The position numbers were made by a program, and so were the translations under genes. Shown piece after piece: positions 9,950 through 19,173 of a stretch of 64,000 nt of DNA. This stretch comes from a virus (Duplodnaviria; Caudoviricetes): the IMG/VR virus record IMGVR_UViG_2786546475_000043, positions 1,534 to 65,533 of that record, one strand, 5' to 3'. The notes under the pieces are model-generated. The model had not been told where the DNA came from. It did not search any database and was given only the letters and a program-made list of their open reading frames with translations. Each line of letters begins with the position of its first letter. Within the stretch, counting starts at the first letter, position 1.

Positions 9950-11068
9950 ATGCCCGGGAGAGTTCATGAGGACCGGAGAAATGCACGGGATCTGGTGTGG
10001 GATGATCCCACCAAGATTGACGGCAGCACCGTCATCAACCAGGCAATTTTGTCAATCAAAGTTAATTACAGCATGGACATGGTGTCCGAGGTCACCGTTG
10101 AGGTCCTCGATAGTAATGGCTCGCTCGCTCAGGCTAACTATTTCTCGATAGGTAGACACGTCTGGTACAGGGGCTTCGCTCATAAGGACCGCTCCTGGGT
10201 TGCAATCAACAGTGGGTTCGTAGAAGGGGAGCGGATCTGGCAGCTATTCGAGATCGCGTCTGTATCGATGGGACCTGGCCCTGGAACAAATCCGGTTTGG
10301 AACTTGAAACTACGCCCCTCCGCTTGTCAGCAAATGAAACGTGACAAGGACCCGGGGACCGTTGTCGGGATGGGTTCCAATCTCATCATCAACGCTGCCC
10401 ATAAATACGGTCTGGACTGTGTTGCTCAAAGTACGGAAACTGGGGTTGATTGGAAGGCCGCTGGTGAGGACGAAGTCAAGGAATCACTGTGGGACATAAT
10501 GAAGCGAACGGCAAGTGAGAGTCGGGATAAGGATGGTCATACCCAGTTCAGGCTATTCGAAGCCGACGGTGTTCTCTTTTTCGGAACCCAGAAGTGGTTA
10601 TTGGGTCGGTGGGGAACAACATACGACAATCCCGACGTTGGAATAATTGATCCAGAGGGTCTCATAGCCGGAGGGGGTAACGACGCGTATAACTACATTG
10701 AGCTCTGTTGGCCCGTACTCCGAAATACAAATCCCCCTGATGCCTTTCAGTTGATGTCGATGCCAACCTGTAGCCGATCGGATAACGATCCGATAGCGAC
10801 TGAAGGGAGTGCCTCGATTGATCGTGCCAATGGGAGAACGCTGCGCCCCGGAATGACAATTTTCCTACGTTTTGATCGAGGTGCCACCACCAGGGGTCAC
10901 TATTTCCAGGGGTTGTACTTAATCAGCTCTGTTTCTTACGAACATATTGGCAGTGCGCCAGTGAGTATCAACTTTCGTTCCCCGGAGAGGCTGGCCAAAG
11001 ACATTAAAATGCTTGAAGTGGGTGCTGTTCATGGACAGCTTAAGGGAAGGTACTCGGAGATTATTTAA
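9950..11068 (+). CDS. Baseplate hub protein (gp27/gpD-like)
   Basis: Position; IKVNYSMDMVSEVTVEVLD, FRLFEADGVLFF, LRPGMTI and GLYLISSVSYEH match the hub layout. Confidence 0.7.
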   Translation: MPGRVHEDRRNARDLVWDDPTKIDGSTVINQAILSIKVNYSMDMVSEVTVEVLDSNGSLAQANYFSIGRHVWYRGFAHKDRSWVAINSGFVEGERIWQLFEIASVSMGPGPGTNPVWNLKLRPSACQQMKRDKDPGTVVGMGSNLIINAAHKYGLDCVAQSTETGVDWKAAGEDEVKESLWDIMKRTASESRDKDGHTQFRLFEADGVLFFGTQKWLLGRWGTTYDNPDVGIIDPEGLIAGGGNDAYNYIELCWPVLRNTNPPDAFQLMSMPTCSRSDNDPIATEGSASIDRANGRTLRPGMTIFLRFDRGATTRGHYFQGLYLISSVSYEHIGSAPVSINFRSPERLAKDIKMLEVGAVHGQLKGRYSEII

Positions 11069-12178
11069 ATGGATTATTTAAGCAATAACCCTTCAATGAG
11101 GTTTCTTAGCGGTGTCGGCGGCTCGTCCAACACGTTCAAGCCGGGCGGAATCTATAAAGGCGTTGTGAAGGCTGTCAAGGGAACCAGTGACCGTGGCGTT
11201 CCCGCTGGTCAAGTAATTGTCAGCATTCCTTATTTCGGAGGGCAGAACTTTCGTTACTCCCCCTCGAGTGACCAATCCCCAATGGACCGTCTCACGACGG
11301 GGGATCAGGTTTATTGCACGTTCCTAAATAACAAAACGAAAGACTTGGCGATTCTGGGGCGGGCGGACAGGCAGACAGACGTTTTCATCCCCCTCGCAGA
11401 CACCGACGGTGATGGTGGCTCTCGTCCAGCATTCGAGGGACAACTGAGGGGTGACGACGGATCAGATCTTGTCGGAGGCTATTTTCACCCGACATACTCG
11501 TTTACCGACGGTACTGGCACCGGAATGCATCGGTCGGATACGGCGAATAGCGCCGACACCCTTCACCTCAGTGTTTCCGGAACCGAGGCGATTCGAATTG
11601 GTCAAGATACCTACAGCAGTTACGGCACCGTCTGGTTTACAGACAGCTATCTACAAGTTCAAGGAATCTACCCATGGGCCCACAACCTCTACAGCATGGG
11701 CGCCACCGGTCTTCGTTTCCTCAACATGTACGTCTCAGGCGACTATTTCGGCCCCAACCAGTACATCAACACTTCAGACGAAAATCTGAAGACCGACATC
11801 CTGGATTCCGCACTGGGTTTAGATTTCGTTCTCAACCTAAGGCCCGTGTCGTACAAATGGATCGACAGGGGTGACGGTGACCCTGGTGTCAGAACCCACC
11901 ACGGATTCGTTGCTCAAGAAGTTGAAACGCTTCTCGGTGCGGATGCTGCTGCAACGGCCCTATGGATCAACGAGGAAATTCCGGCACAGGATGAACAGCC
12001 CGCCATGATGCACCTCAACGGGGAGGACGAGATTCGTGCAGCTATCCCGGCGACTGAAGCCCGCACGGAGCAGGGCCTGAGGTACGGGGAACTGATAGCC
12101 CCCATGGTCAAGGCGATTCAGGAACTTTCTGCCAAGCTCGAAACAGCGGAAGCCCGTATCGCTGTCTTAGAGGGGTAA
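11069..12178 (+). CDS. Baseplate central spike with a C-terminal intramolecular chaperone (Peptidase S74-like)
   Basis: N-terminal OB-like GIYKGVV..GDQVYCTF..LAILG; C-terminal TSDENLKTDI..LRPVSYKW..HGFVAQEV..LRYGELIAPMVKAIQEL coiled coil. Confidence 0.75.
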   Translation: MDYLSNNPSMRFLSGVGGSSNTFKPGGIYKGVVKAVKGTSDRGVPAGQVIVSIPYFGGQNFRYSPSSDQSPMDRLTTGDQVYCTFLNNKTKDLAILGRADRQTDVFIPLADTDGDGGSRPAFEGQLRGDDGSDLVGGYFHPTYSFTDGTGTGMHRSDTANSADTLHLSVSGTEAIRIGQDTYSSYGTVWFTDSYLQVQGIYPWAHNLYSMGATGLRFLNMYVSGDYFGPNQYINTSDENLKTDILDSALGLDFVLNLRPVSYKWIDRGDGDPGVRTHHGFVAQEVETLLGADAAATALWINEEIPAQDEQPAMMHLNGEDEIRAAIPATEARTEQGLRYGELIAPMVKAIQELSAKLETAEARIAVLEG

Positions 12179-12220
12179 GGACAACTGGGGTAAACTGTTT
12201 GTACCTTGTAGGAGTCACAC

Positions 12221-12529
12221 ATGGACGCAATGAAATTTCCTCTCAGATTCAACGAGACCAACGGTGGTTTGGCGATGACTGAGGAAGGAACAGACGACTA
12301 TTACCGTCAACTCCTTTCCGTCGCGGCCAGAACCGAACCCGGCGCACATCCAATCACGCCCGAATTCGGAATCATGGATCCAACTTTTAAATCCATCGAT
12401 CGCGGACAGTTCCTGTTCGCTGCTGCACGCTTTGTCCCTGAAATCGAGGTTGTGTCAGTCGAGACCACCCTTACTGGAGACGGCGCGAATATTGTCAACT
12501 TCAGCTTTATCAAACGTCCGGAGATGTAG
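12221..12529 (+). CDS. Baseplate wedge protein (gp25/gpW-like)
   Basis: 102 aa; MKFPLRF..RTEPGAHPITPEFGIMDP; lies before the J-like gene. Confidence 0.75.
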   Translation: MDAMKFPLRFNETNGGLAMTEEGTDDYYRQLLSVAARTEPGAHPITPEFGIMDPTFKSIDRGQFLFAAARFVPEIEVVSVETTLTGDGANIVNFSFIKRPEM

Positions 12530-12531
12530 GC

Positions 12532-13767
12532 ATGCCAGCAGACTTCAGTGATTACATCGACATGATTCCCGAGGACATCTCCCCTGGACAAATTTACTTG
12601 GGGGCCATCGAGCTTGCGCGACTGACCCTTCCGGAATTCAAAATTCGTCAGGGAACACCCGAAGATGCCCTGTTGCAGGCAGCTGCACATATGAACTATC
12701 TGTCCGTGGCACATATCAACAGGCTGCCACCGAGACTCATGGAAGGTATCGCCCGGATTATGGGGGTTACCAAGAACGAGGGCACTCGTTCTACGATCGA
12801 AGTGACTATTACCCTTAACCAAAATACCGGAATAGATATCCCTACTGGAACAGTTTTTCTTTATGAAATCAAGGTGGACGGAGAGACCGAACAGTTCGCC
12901 TACGAAACTACCGCTGACATCGCGGCTGCCACTGGTTGGGCGGGAACACCATCAGCCATAACAGCAACACTCACTTCAAGGGCCGTCGGCGTCCACCCGG
13001 TAATCGCAACCGGAGCAGATCTGGTTCTCCAGAGCATTATGTTTGAGGTCGACACTATTGTCTCTACCAGCAACTTCACTAATGGCACGAATGCTGAAAA
13101 TCCACTCGACTTCCTCACGAGATCCACGACCTATCTCAGGGGGCTCTCGTCAGCCTTGGCTAAAGCCAGCCAAGTCAAGTCGAACATATTAAGTGAGTAC
13201 TCGATTTTGCAGAGGTCCAAGGTATACGACCTCACAGATTCGACCGGAACCTACCCGCGTCTCTTCTCTTACGCTGATGATCTGGGGTTCGTAGCGATCT
13301 ATACATACGGTAACAACCGTCAACTAACAGCTATCGAGAAGTCCGATATCGAGTTGTCTGCTGCCAACAAGTCTATTGCTGGTCTGACTTTTGGCGCTCG
13401 AGACATGGAACTTGTCGATGTCGAAGTATCTGTGGGTCTCAAGTACGACAGTACTTACAATTCCGCTGCTATTACCACCCTGGTCAGAGACGCAATCTTG
13501 AACTATCTCTCGCCCCTGGGGTTTGACGGACCTACTGAGGGGTGGATGGAGACAGACGTTGCTCGTGTTTGTCAGGAAGTCAACGGAGTGCTATTTGTTG
13601 ACTCCGTTGCATTTAGTGTGGCATCAGGAAATTCAAATACGGGAACCGCCTTCTCGGCGCTGTATGCAATTAGTAGTGGAAATGTCTCATTCCTGGCCAA
13701 AGGTTGCCTACCCGCAGTGACAACAGGGAACCTTACGACAACCCTGACCGCAGTTACGGTCGAATAG
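12532..13767 (+). CDS. Baseplate J-like wedge protein
   Basis: 411 aa; RIMGVTKNEGTRSTIEVT, IPTGTVF, GTNAEN..FLTR; position. Confidence 0.8.
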   Translation: MPADFSDYIDMIPEDISPGQIYLGAIELARLTLPEFKIRQGTPEDALLQAAAHMNYLSVAHINRLPPRLMEGIARIMGVTKNEGTRSTIEVTITLNQNTGIDIPTGTVFLYEIKVDGETEQFAYETTADIAAATGWAGTPSAITATLTSRAVGVHPVIATGADLVLQSIMFEVDTIVSTSNFTNGTNAENPLDFLTRSTTYLRGLSSALAKASQVKSNILSEYSILQRSKVYDLTDSTGTYPRLFSYADDLGFVAIYTYGNNRQLTAIEKSDIELSAANKSIAGLTFGARDMELVDVEVSVGLKYDSTYNSAAITTLVRDAILNYLSPLGFDGPTEGWMETDVARVCQEVNGVLFVDSVAFSVASGNSNTGTAFSALYAISSGNVSFLAKGCLPAVTTGNLTTTLTAVTVE

Positions 13768-15242
13768 TGGCTGCCTCAACTCTAAATCTACTGAGCAGTA
13801 CGGAGGCCTTGGCTTCTCGAAACACCGCTGGCACTATTCTCCCGCCAGATACCTATTCCACGGCATGGACATTTAACTCAGGAAACGGGTCATTCATTAT
13901 CGATGACGACCGAACCGGGAGTTTAACTCCCAGCTATTACGGGATGAAGATCAGTCCAACTGACACAAACCCGGTTGTCATCAGTCTCCAGGACAAGTCA
14001 GTTCTTGGAACTCAAATGATGAACCAGACAAATCTCGTCTTTTCGGCAAACATAAATTCAGACTCACAGCTATCCATTTCCGCGAACTTGGTTCAGCAGG
14101 CGGAATCACCAGCGAGCCAATTGCGAACAAGTCAAAATATCCCTGGAGTCTGGACTGCCTTCCGTAGTAATTATTTTGAAGTTACCACGACCGGCTCCAC
14201 ACTAGGTACGGCCGACTACATAATGCACATTCAGATTACCATCAGCAACCACGGGGGAAACCCTTTCCATATAACCACCTGCGCCCTTATAGACGACTTT
14301 GCCTTTTTGAAAAACAACTATGTATTAACTGGAAGAACCTACCTTCCTACCTTCTATTGGGATATAGACGGACAACAGACAAATCCGACGTACCCGTTCT
14401 TCAAACTCCTCGATCTCATGACAACTAAGTCGTTTGAAATGCTGCAGAAATACGCTAACTGGTTTGACTTCGAGATGAGGGAGCTCAGGGCTAAAGACAC
14501 AGGCAGCGAGGACTGGTCGAAAAGCACCCTCACGGATCCCTATTATGCTCAAGAGGCGGCTCGACCCTGGCTATCCCAGTTCATCGGAACGACTACTAAA
14601 TCGAACGTATGGGCAACGGGAACGAATGCAAATGCTGCTGGCGGCGCTGCCAGTGGGGCATTTGAATCATGGATATCTGATGAGGCCTCGTATATCTCAT
14701 GGCAGCTCGCAAACGGCCACTACGGCCTTGCCTCCGGAAGCAGATCTGCGGTAATAGGCGCAGTACAGCAAGTTCTTTCCGATACCAAGACCGTTGCCCT
14801 ATCTCCGTATGCCGCGACAGATAGTGGAACCGCTCAGGCGGGCAGTGGAAGCTCTATGACGTTGGCTGCCACCGCTTCCGCACTTGATGATGCCTACAAT
14901 AATCACATTGTCACTATTACCGGTGGTACCGGTGTTGGACAAACAGCCACAATTACAGACTACGTCGGGTCAACGAAGGTCGCATCAGCGACATTCTCTA
15001 CGAATCCCGACAATACATCTACTTACACCCTGAATTCCCGGTGGGCGCTCCTGATTCGTACCCTGACTTCCGAAACTCCGGACGCCACTTCAGCGGGAGA
15101 CACCTCAGCCCCAGTTCTGGATGCGGTAGAATTGGCACGTCCCATGGGATTTTCCTTCTACCACGCTGTAGAGACTGCCCTGTACCTAACACTGAATAAC
15201 ATGGGTATCGGTCGGCTAAACTTGTTTAAGCTAGGGACATAG
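13767..15242 (+). CDS. Baseplate wedge / fibre-attachment protein (gpI-like, extended)
   Basis: GTG start overlaps the J-gene TAG; ARPWLSQFIG and VLDAVELARPMGF are gpI-like; internal module shared with the big fibre. Confidence 0.6.
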   Translation: MAASTLNLLSSTEALASRNTAGTILPPDTYSTAWTFNSGNGSFIIDDDRTGSLTPSYYGMKISPTDTNPVVISLQDKSVLGTQMMNQTNLVFSANINSDSQLSISANLVQQAESPASQLRTSQNIPGVWTAFRSNYFEVTTTGSTLGTADYIMHIQITISNHGGNPFHITTCALIDDFAFLKNNYVLTGRTYLPTFYWDIDGQQTNPTYPFFKLLDLMTTKSFEMLQKYANWFDFEMRELRAKDTGSEDWSKSTLTDPYYAQEAARPWLSQFIGTTTKSNVWATGTNANAAGGAASGAFESWISDEASYISWQLANGHYGLASGSRSAVIGAVQQVLSDTKTVALSPYAATDSGTAQAGSGSSMTLAATASALDDAYNNHIVTITGGTGVGQTATITDYVGSTKVASATFSTNPDNTSTYTLNSRWALLIRTLTSETPDATSAGDTSAPVLDAVELARPMGFSFYHAVETALYLTLNNMGIGRLNLFKLGT

Positions 15243-15254
15243 CGGAGGCACCAA

Positions 15255-15554
15255 ATGGCTCAAGGCTTTAAGACATTCGTAGCGGAAACAATTTTGACGG
15301 CCGCCGATGTCAACGATTATCTCATGAAGCAATCCTGCATGGTATTCCCAGACGCTGCGGCTAGAGACTCAAATCTCACTGGTGGAAATCTCCGCGAGGG
15401 AATGATCTGTTACATAACTGCACTCAACCAGTTCCAGGTCTATGGCGATCTTGCCGGAAATGGCGATGAATGGTCAAGGCTGGGTACGAAAGCCGAAGTG
15501 GACGCAGCTTCTGCTGAAATCGCGTTGATGGAGCACTACATGGAGGTCATGTAG
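15255..15554 (+). CDS. Small tail-fibre-related structural protein
   Basis: GFKTFVAETILTAADVNDYLMKQ..VFPDAAARD..EGMICY, a motif typical of actinophage fibre N-termini. Confidence 0.6.
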   Translation: MAQGFKTFVAETILTAADVNDYLMKQSCMVFPDAAARDSNLTGGNLREGMICYITALNQFQVYGDLAGNGDEWSRLGTKAEVDAASAEIALMEHYMEVM

Positions 15555-15557
15555 GGT
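15552..15557 (+). promoter_or_regulatory. -10 box TAGGGT, leaderless start at 15564
   Basis: 6 nt to ATG. Confidence 0.45.
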
Positions 15558-15563
15558 TTTCCC

Positions 15564-16190
15564 ATGCCAGTAGCCAAGATTTCAGAGTTCTTATCAGAGG
15601 ACACGCACTCTGAATTGGTCGATTTTGTCGATAACGAGCTCCCCAACTGGCACGCAAAGCTCGACGAACACTCTCCCGAGCGACCTGACGCTGCAATGAA
15701 CCGAATTACCTACAACTCGGGTTCTGCTCTGCACCCCTATGTCCAAAAGTGCCATGAGAATTTAGTGGACCTGGTGTCCGACTTCTTTGGCGAAGCCGTT
15801 GAGCCCACCTACGCGCTGGTGTCTAAGTACTACGAAGGCGGCGTTTGTCCCATGCATGTGGACCGAGCCGCGTGTCGTTACACCTTGGGGTACATGGTCA
15901 AATGTGATCCCCCCTCTTGGCCCATCCATGTGTCGACAGAAGAAGCCAATACGAAGGAGCTGGGCTCATGGGGTTGGACGGAAATCAGCGGTTTCATGCC
16001 GCAAGCGGTAAACGATGAAGAAATAGATTATGAATTGTTTCGCAGGTCAGAGCTCACATGGTTAGAAATCGACCAGAAGCCCAACGACGGCTACATCTTG
16101 TCTGGGACCCATAATTGGCATTATCGGGAAAAACTCCCTTACGGAACAGCTGATGTCCTGCTATTTCACTTCATTCCAGCGGGCACATAG
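15564..16190 (+). CDS. 2OG-Fe(II) oxygenase
   Basis: KYYEGGVCPMHVD (HxD) and GTHNWHYR distal His/Arg. Confidence 0.8.
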   Translation: MPVAKISEFLSEDTHSELVDFVDNELPNWHAKLDEHSPERPDAAMNRITYNSGSALHPYVQKCHENLVDLVSDFFGEAVEPTYALVSKYYEGGVCPMHVDRAACRYTLGYMVKCDPPSWPIHVSTEEANTKELGSWGWTEISGFMPQAVNDEEIDYELFRRSELTWLEIDQKPNDGYILSGTHNWHYREKLPYGTADVLLFHFIPAGT

Positions 16191-16225
16191 CGCGATTCCG
16201 CTCCCAGCGGTCCTAATCACTGATG

Positions 16226-16231
16226 TATAAT
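16226..16231 (+). promoter_or_regulatory. -10 box TATAAT upstream of the holin
   Basis: Perfect hexamer in an intergenic region. Confidence 0.5.
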
Positions 16232-16268
16232 GTACAAGGACCACTGACTGCAAACCAAGGAGGGTTTC

Positions 16269-16484
16269 ATGAACATGTCCTTTTGGCGCGATGCCATTGA
16301 GCGTTCCGTTCGTACCTTCGTCCAGGCTTATCTGGGCGTATGGATGGCGACCGGTGCGGATTTTGACGGATTTGCTGATACCAGCAATTTGAAGGCTGGC
16401 GCTGTTGCTGTTGCGCTGTCTATCGCTATGGCGATGGGCCTGAAGAATGTTGGACCCAATAAGGGTTCAGCTTCCGTCGGCTAA
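16269..16484 (+). CDS. Holin (r1t-like)
   Basis: FWRDAIERSVRTFVQAYL, two hydrophobic segments, 71 aa, SD AAGGAGG. Confidence 0.85.
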   Translation: MNMSFWRDAIERSVRTFVQAYLGVWMATGADFDGFADTSNLKAGAVAVALSIAMAMGLKNVGPNKGSASVG

Positions 16485-16550
16485 CCCGCGTAACTGCCCG
16501 GCAATTGGGGCCTTGTAATCTACAATGAGTAGAGAACGAGGAGTCACCCG

Positions 16551-16922
16551 ATGATCGCAGGCATCTACAACATAACGTGCGAACAGGGAACCGACTTCAC
16601 AAGGTCGTGCATCCTGAAGTACCCAGACCCAGCCGATCCCACGGGTTCGACGTACCTGCTCTATGACTTGACGGGTTACACCGCCAGAATGCAGATACGT
16701 CGGACCCTGGAATCAGCTTCTCCCGAGATTGAATTGACCACTGAAAACAGTGGCATCGTTCTTGGCGGAGACGCTGGAACCTTTGAAATTGTCATGACAA
16801 ATACGCAGACAGCCGCTCTTGATTCGTCCGGCGTCTACGACCTGGAAATTGTTTCAGGCGCTGGCACGGTTTCTCGTGTAATCCAGGGCACCTTCACTCT
16901 TGATTTGGAGGTGACTCACTAA
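16551..16922 (+). CDS. Virion structural protein (BppU-N-like)
   Basis: YNITCEQGTDF..YDLTGYTARMQIR..GVYDLEI..RVIQGTF. Confidence 0.6.
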   Translation: MIAGIYNITCEQGTDFTRSCILKYPDPADPTGSTYLLYDLTGYTARMQIRRTLESASPEIELTTENSGIVLGGDAGTFEIVMTNTQTAALDSSGVYDLEIVSGAGTVSRVIQGTFTLDLEVTH

Positions 16923-17284
16923 TGACGGTTCCGAATCAGGTCATTTGTGATGCCGACGGTAACCAGATTCAAATCACTGAGTACCCGAATGCTGTCAACG
17001 TTTACGAAGATGGACGCAATCAGATCTGTATTGATCCGGAAGCTCCAACCGTAATAGCGGTTCAGCTTCTGGGCACAGAGTCGATCTTTGTGAAGCGCCA
17101 TGTCCACAATCAGGCATCACCATCAACGTCATGGTCAATAACCCATGCTCTGAAGGGTAAACCGCAAGTAACCGTAGTGGATACTGCGGACACCTGCGTT
17201 GTAGGTGATGTAACATATAACAGCGACACGCAAATAACAGTCTCATTCTCAGCAGCCTTCGCTGGGAATGCATATCTCACTTGA
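16922..17284 (+). CDS. Virion structural protein
   Basis: HNQASPSTSWSITH..PQVTVVD..GDVTY..ITVSFSAAFAGNAYL beta-rich domain; translationally coupled. Confidence 0.55.
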   Translation: MTVPNQVICDADGNQIQITEYPNAVNVYEDGRNQICIDPEAPTVIAVQLLGTESIFVKRHVHNQASPSTSWSITHALKGKPQVTVVDTADTCVVGDVTYNSDTQITVSFSAAFAGNAYLT

Positions 17285-17297
17285 CAGGCGGTAGGGG

Positions 17298-18659
17298 ATG
17301 GCGACTAAATTCGTTACGAATCTTGACCTAAACCAGAATCAGCTCCTTAACGGTCGATTCGAATCGCTGGCCTCGGACCCTGGTACTGGTAACTTTGAAG
17401 GCCGTTTAATCTACAACAGCACCGAGAAGGTGCTCAAGGTATATACCGGTTCTGCATGGCGTAAAGCCTTACACGCTGCAGCTTCTACTACTAACGCCCT
17501 CGTTGTCACCGAATCCAACGGTACTGTTACTTTCTCCATTGCCGATTCTGTCGCGAGCGGTAATTCGGGTCTTCTGAGTGGCGCCGACAAGCAAAAGCTT
17601 GACGATGCCACAAGTACGAACACCAACTCAACCGTCGCCATGCGCGATGGCAGCGGTCGAATTCAGGTCTCCGCTCCTGCCGCAGATCTAGACGCTGCCA
17701 ATAAGTCTTACGTTGACGCCGCCCGTTCCGGGCTCGATGTCAAGGCGTCCGTTAGGGCAGCAACAACTGCCGCCCTCACCCTCATCAGCGACCTGGAAAA
17801 CGGTGACACCCTCGATGGCGTAACGCTGGCCACCGGCGACAGGGTCCTGGTCAAGAACCAGGGTACTGGTGCTGAAAATGGCATCTACATCGTTGCTGCT
17901 TCTGGCGCACCAAGCAGGTCAACTGACGCCGACTCCAACTCAGAGGTGACGCCAGGGATGTTCACCTTCGTCGAAGAAGGCACGACGAACGCTGACTCCG
18001 GCTGGGTGATGACTAACGACGGTGCAATTACCGTCGGTACAACCGCCCTCGTCTTCGCCCTCTTCTCGGTTGCGGGAACGATCTTCGCCGGTGACGGCCT
18101 CAGCAAGACCGGTGACGTACTCAACGTCAATGTCAAGTCCGATGGTGCCGTTATTATCACCAGCGACGAGCTGGAGGTCGAACTCGATCCCGCCGTAGCT
18201 GGTTTGGCCACAACGGCTTCCGGTCTTGCCATCAAGAGCGACATCGCCGGTACTGGTATTAGCTATACCGCTGGTGTCCTTACTTCCGATGCTGCTGACT
18301 TGGCTGCCGGTGCTGTGGATGGCGGTGTTACGGGAACTCTGGTTATTGCTCAGGGTGGTACCAACGCAACCACTGAAGCCGCCGCCCGTGACAATCTCGC
18401 TGCCACTTCGGCTGCGGGCCTTACCGTCTCAACCCCGACGACTGCTCGTGTCGCGAGTCAGACAGTCGGTGACGCAAGTGCTACAAGCTTTGCCCTAGTC
18501 CACAATTTCAGTACTCGGGCAGTGGTGGTTCAGGTATATGACGCCGCCACCTATGACACGGTGATCGCCGATGTTGTGCGAACCAGCGCAAGCACGGTCA
18601 CTGTTGATTTCTCTACGGCTCCCGCAAGTGGTGCCTATGTAGTTGTGATTACCGGCTAA
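17298..18659 (+). CDS. Tail fibre-like protein
   Basis: LDVKASVRAATT..GDRVLVKNQ..ENGIY fibre domain; Ala/Thr/Gly-rich. Confidence 0.7.
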   Translation: MATKFVTNLDLNQNQLLNGRFESLASDPGTGNFEGRLIYNSTEKVLKVYTGSAWRKALHAAASTTNALVVTESNGTVTFSIADSVASGNSGLLSGADKQKLDDATSTNTNSTVAMRDGSGRIQVSAPAADLDAANKSYVDAARSGLDVKASVRAATTAALTLISDLENGDTLDGVTLATGDRVLVKNQGTGAENGIYIVAASGAPSRSTDADSNSEVTPGMFTFVEEGTTNADSGWVMTNDGAITVGTTALVFALFSVAGTIFAGDGLSKTGDVLNVNVKSDGAVIITSDELEVELDPAVAGLATTASGLAIKSDIAGTGISYTAGVLTSDAADLAAGAVDGGVTGTLVIAQGGTNATTEAAARDNLAATSAAGLTVSTPTTARVASQTVGDASATSFALVHNFSTRAVVVQVYDAATYDTVIADVVRTSASTVTVDFSTAPASGAYVVVITG

Positions 18660-18717
18660 GACGGTACTCATCCATAGCATCCTGAGGGGTGCCTTATAGG
18701 AAGGTACGGTCGAGGCC

Positions 18718-19164
18718 GTGGCTCAGAAGTTCAAGACCGCTATTTCCGTTGAGGAACTCTCAGCAGCGTCAGCTCAAGCAGTTGGCGTCAAGGTCGATGG
18801 GGACTCTGAGGCACGAGTCAAGATTGATGCGGGTGGCAAGATCACCTGGGGTTCCGGTTCCGCCGCTGGCGATGTCAATCTGTACCGCTCTGCTGCCAAC
18901 ACCCTAAAGACGGATGACGCTGTTGATGCCAGCGCCGCCGGTGTTGTCAACTTGATTACTGACGGAGAGCCCACGGGGGCTGCCGCCAATGGAACAATTG
19001 CGATTGACACCACAAACAACAAGTTCTATTTCAGGTCCAGTGGAGCGTGGCAGGAAATTGCTTTAGACACCCTGTCCGCGACAGCCGCAGATGGTGGAAG
19101 TTCCGCCTCCTGGGTCCGGTTCCACATCAATGCGGATGGCCAAGATTCCGTCGTGAATGTCTAA
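18718..19164 (+). CDS. Small fibre-associated structural protein
   Basis: GDVNLYRSAANTLKTDD and NGTIAIDTTNNKFYFR fibre-like motifs. Confidence 0.55.
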   Translation: MAQKFKTAISVEELSAASAQAVGVKVDGDSEARVKIDAGGKITWGSGSAAGDVNLYRSAANTLKTDDAVDASAAGVVNLITDGEPTGAAANGTIAIDTTNNKFYFRSSGAWQEIALDTLSATAADGGSSASWVRFHINADGQDSVVNV

Positions 19165-19173
19165 GGGGTAGCT

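Noticed and set aside
1461-15242. Extracellular contractile injection system rather than a phage
   Set aside because: A long TMP, chaperone frameshift, holin, endolysin and early-type regulators favour a phage. Capsid genes are outside the window, so this is not fully excluded.
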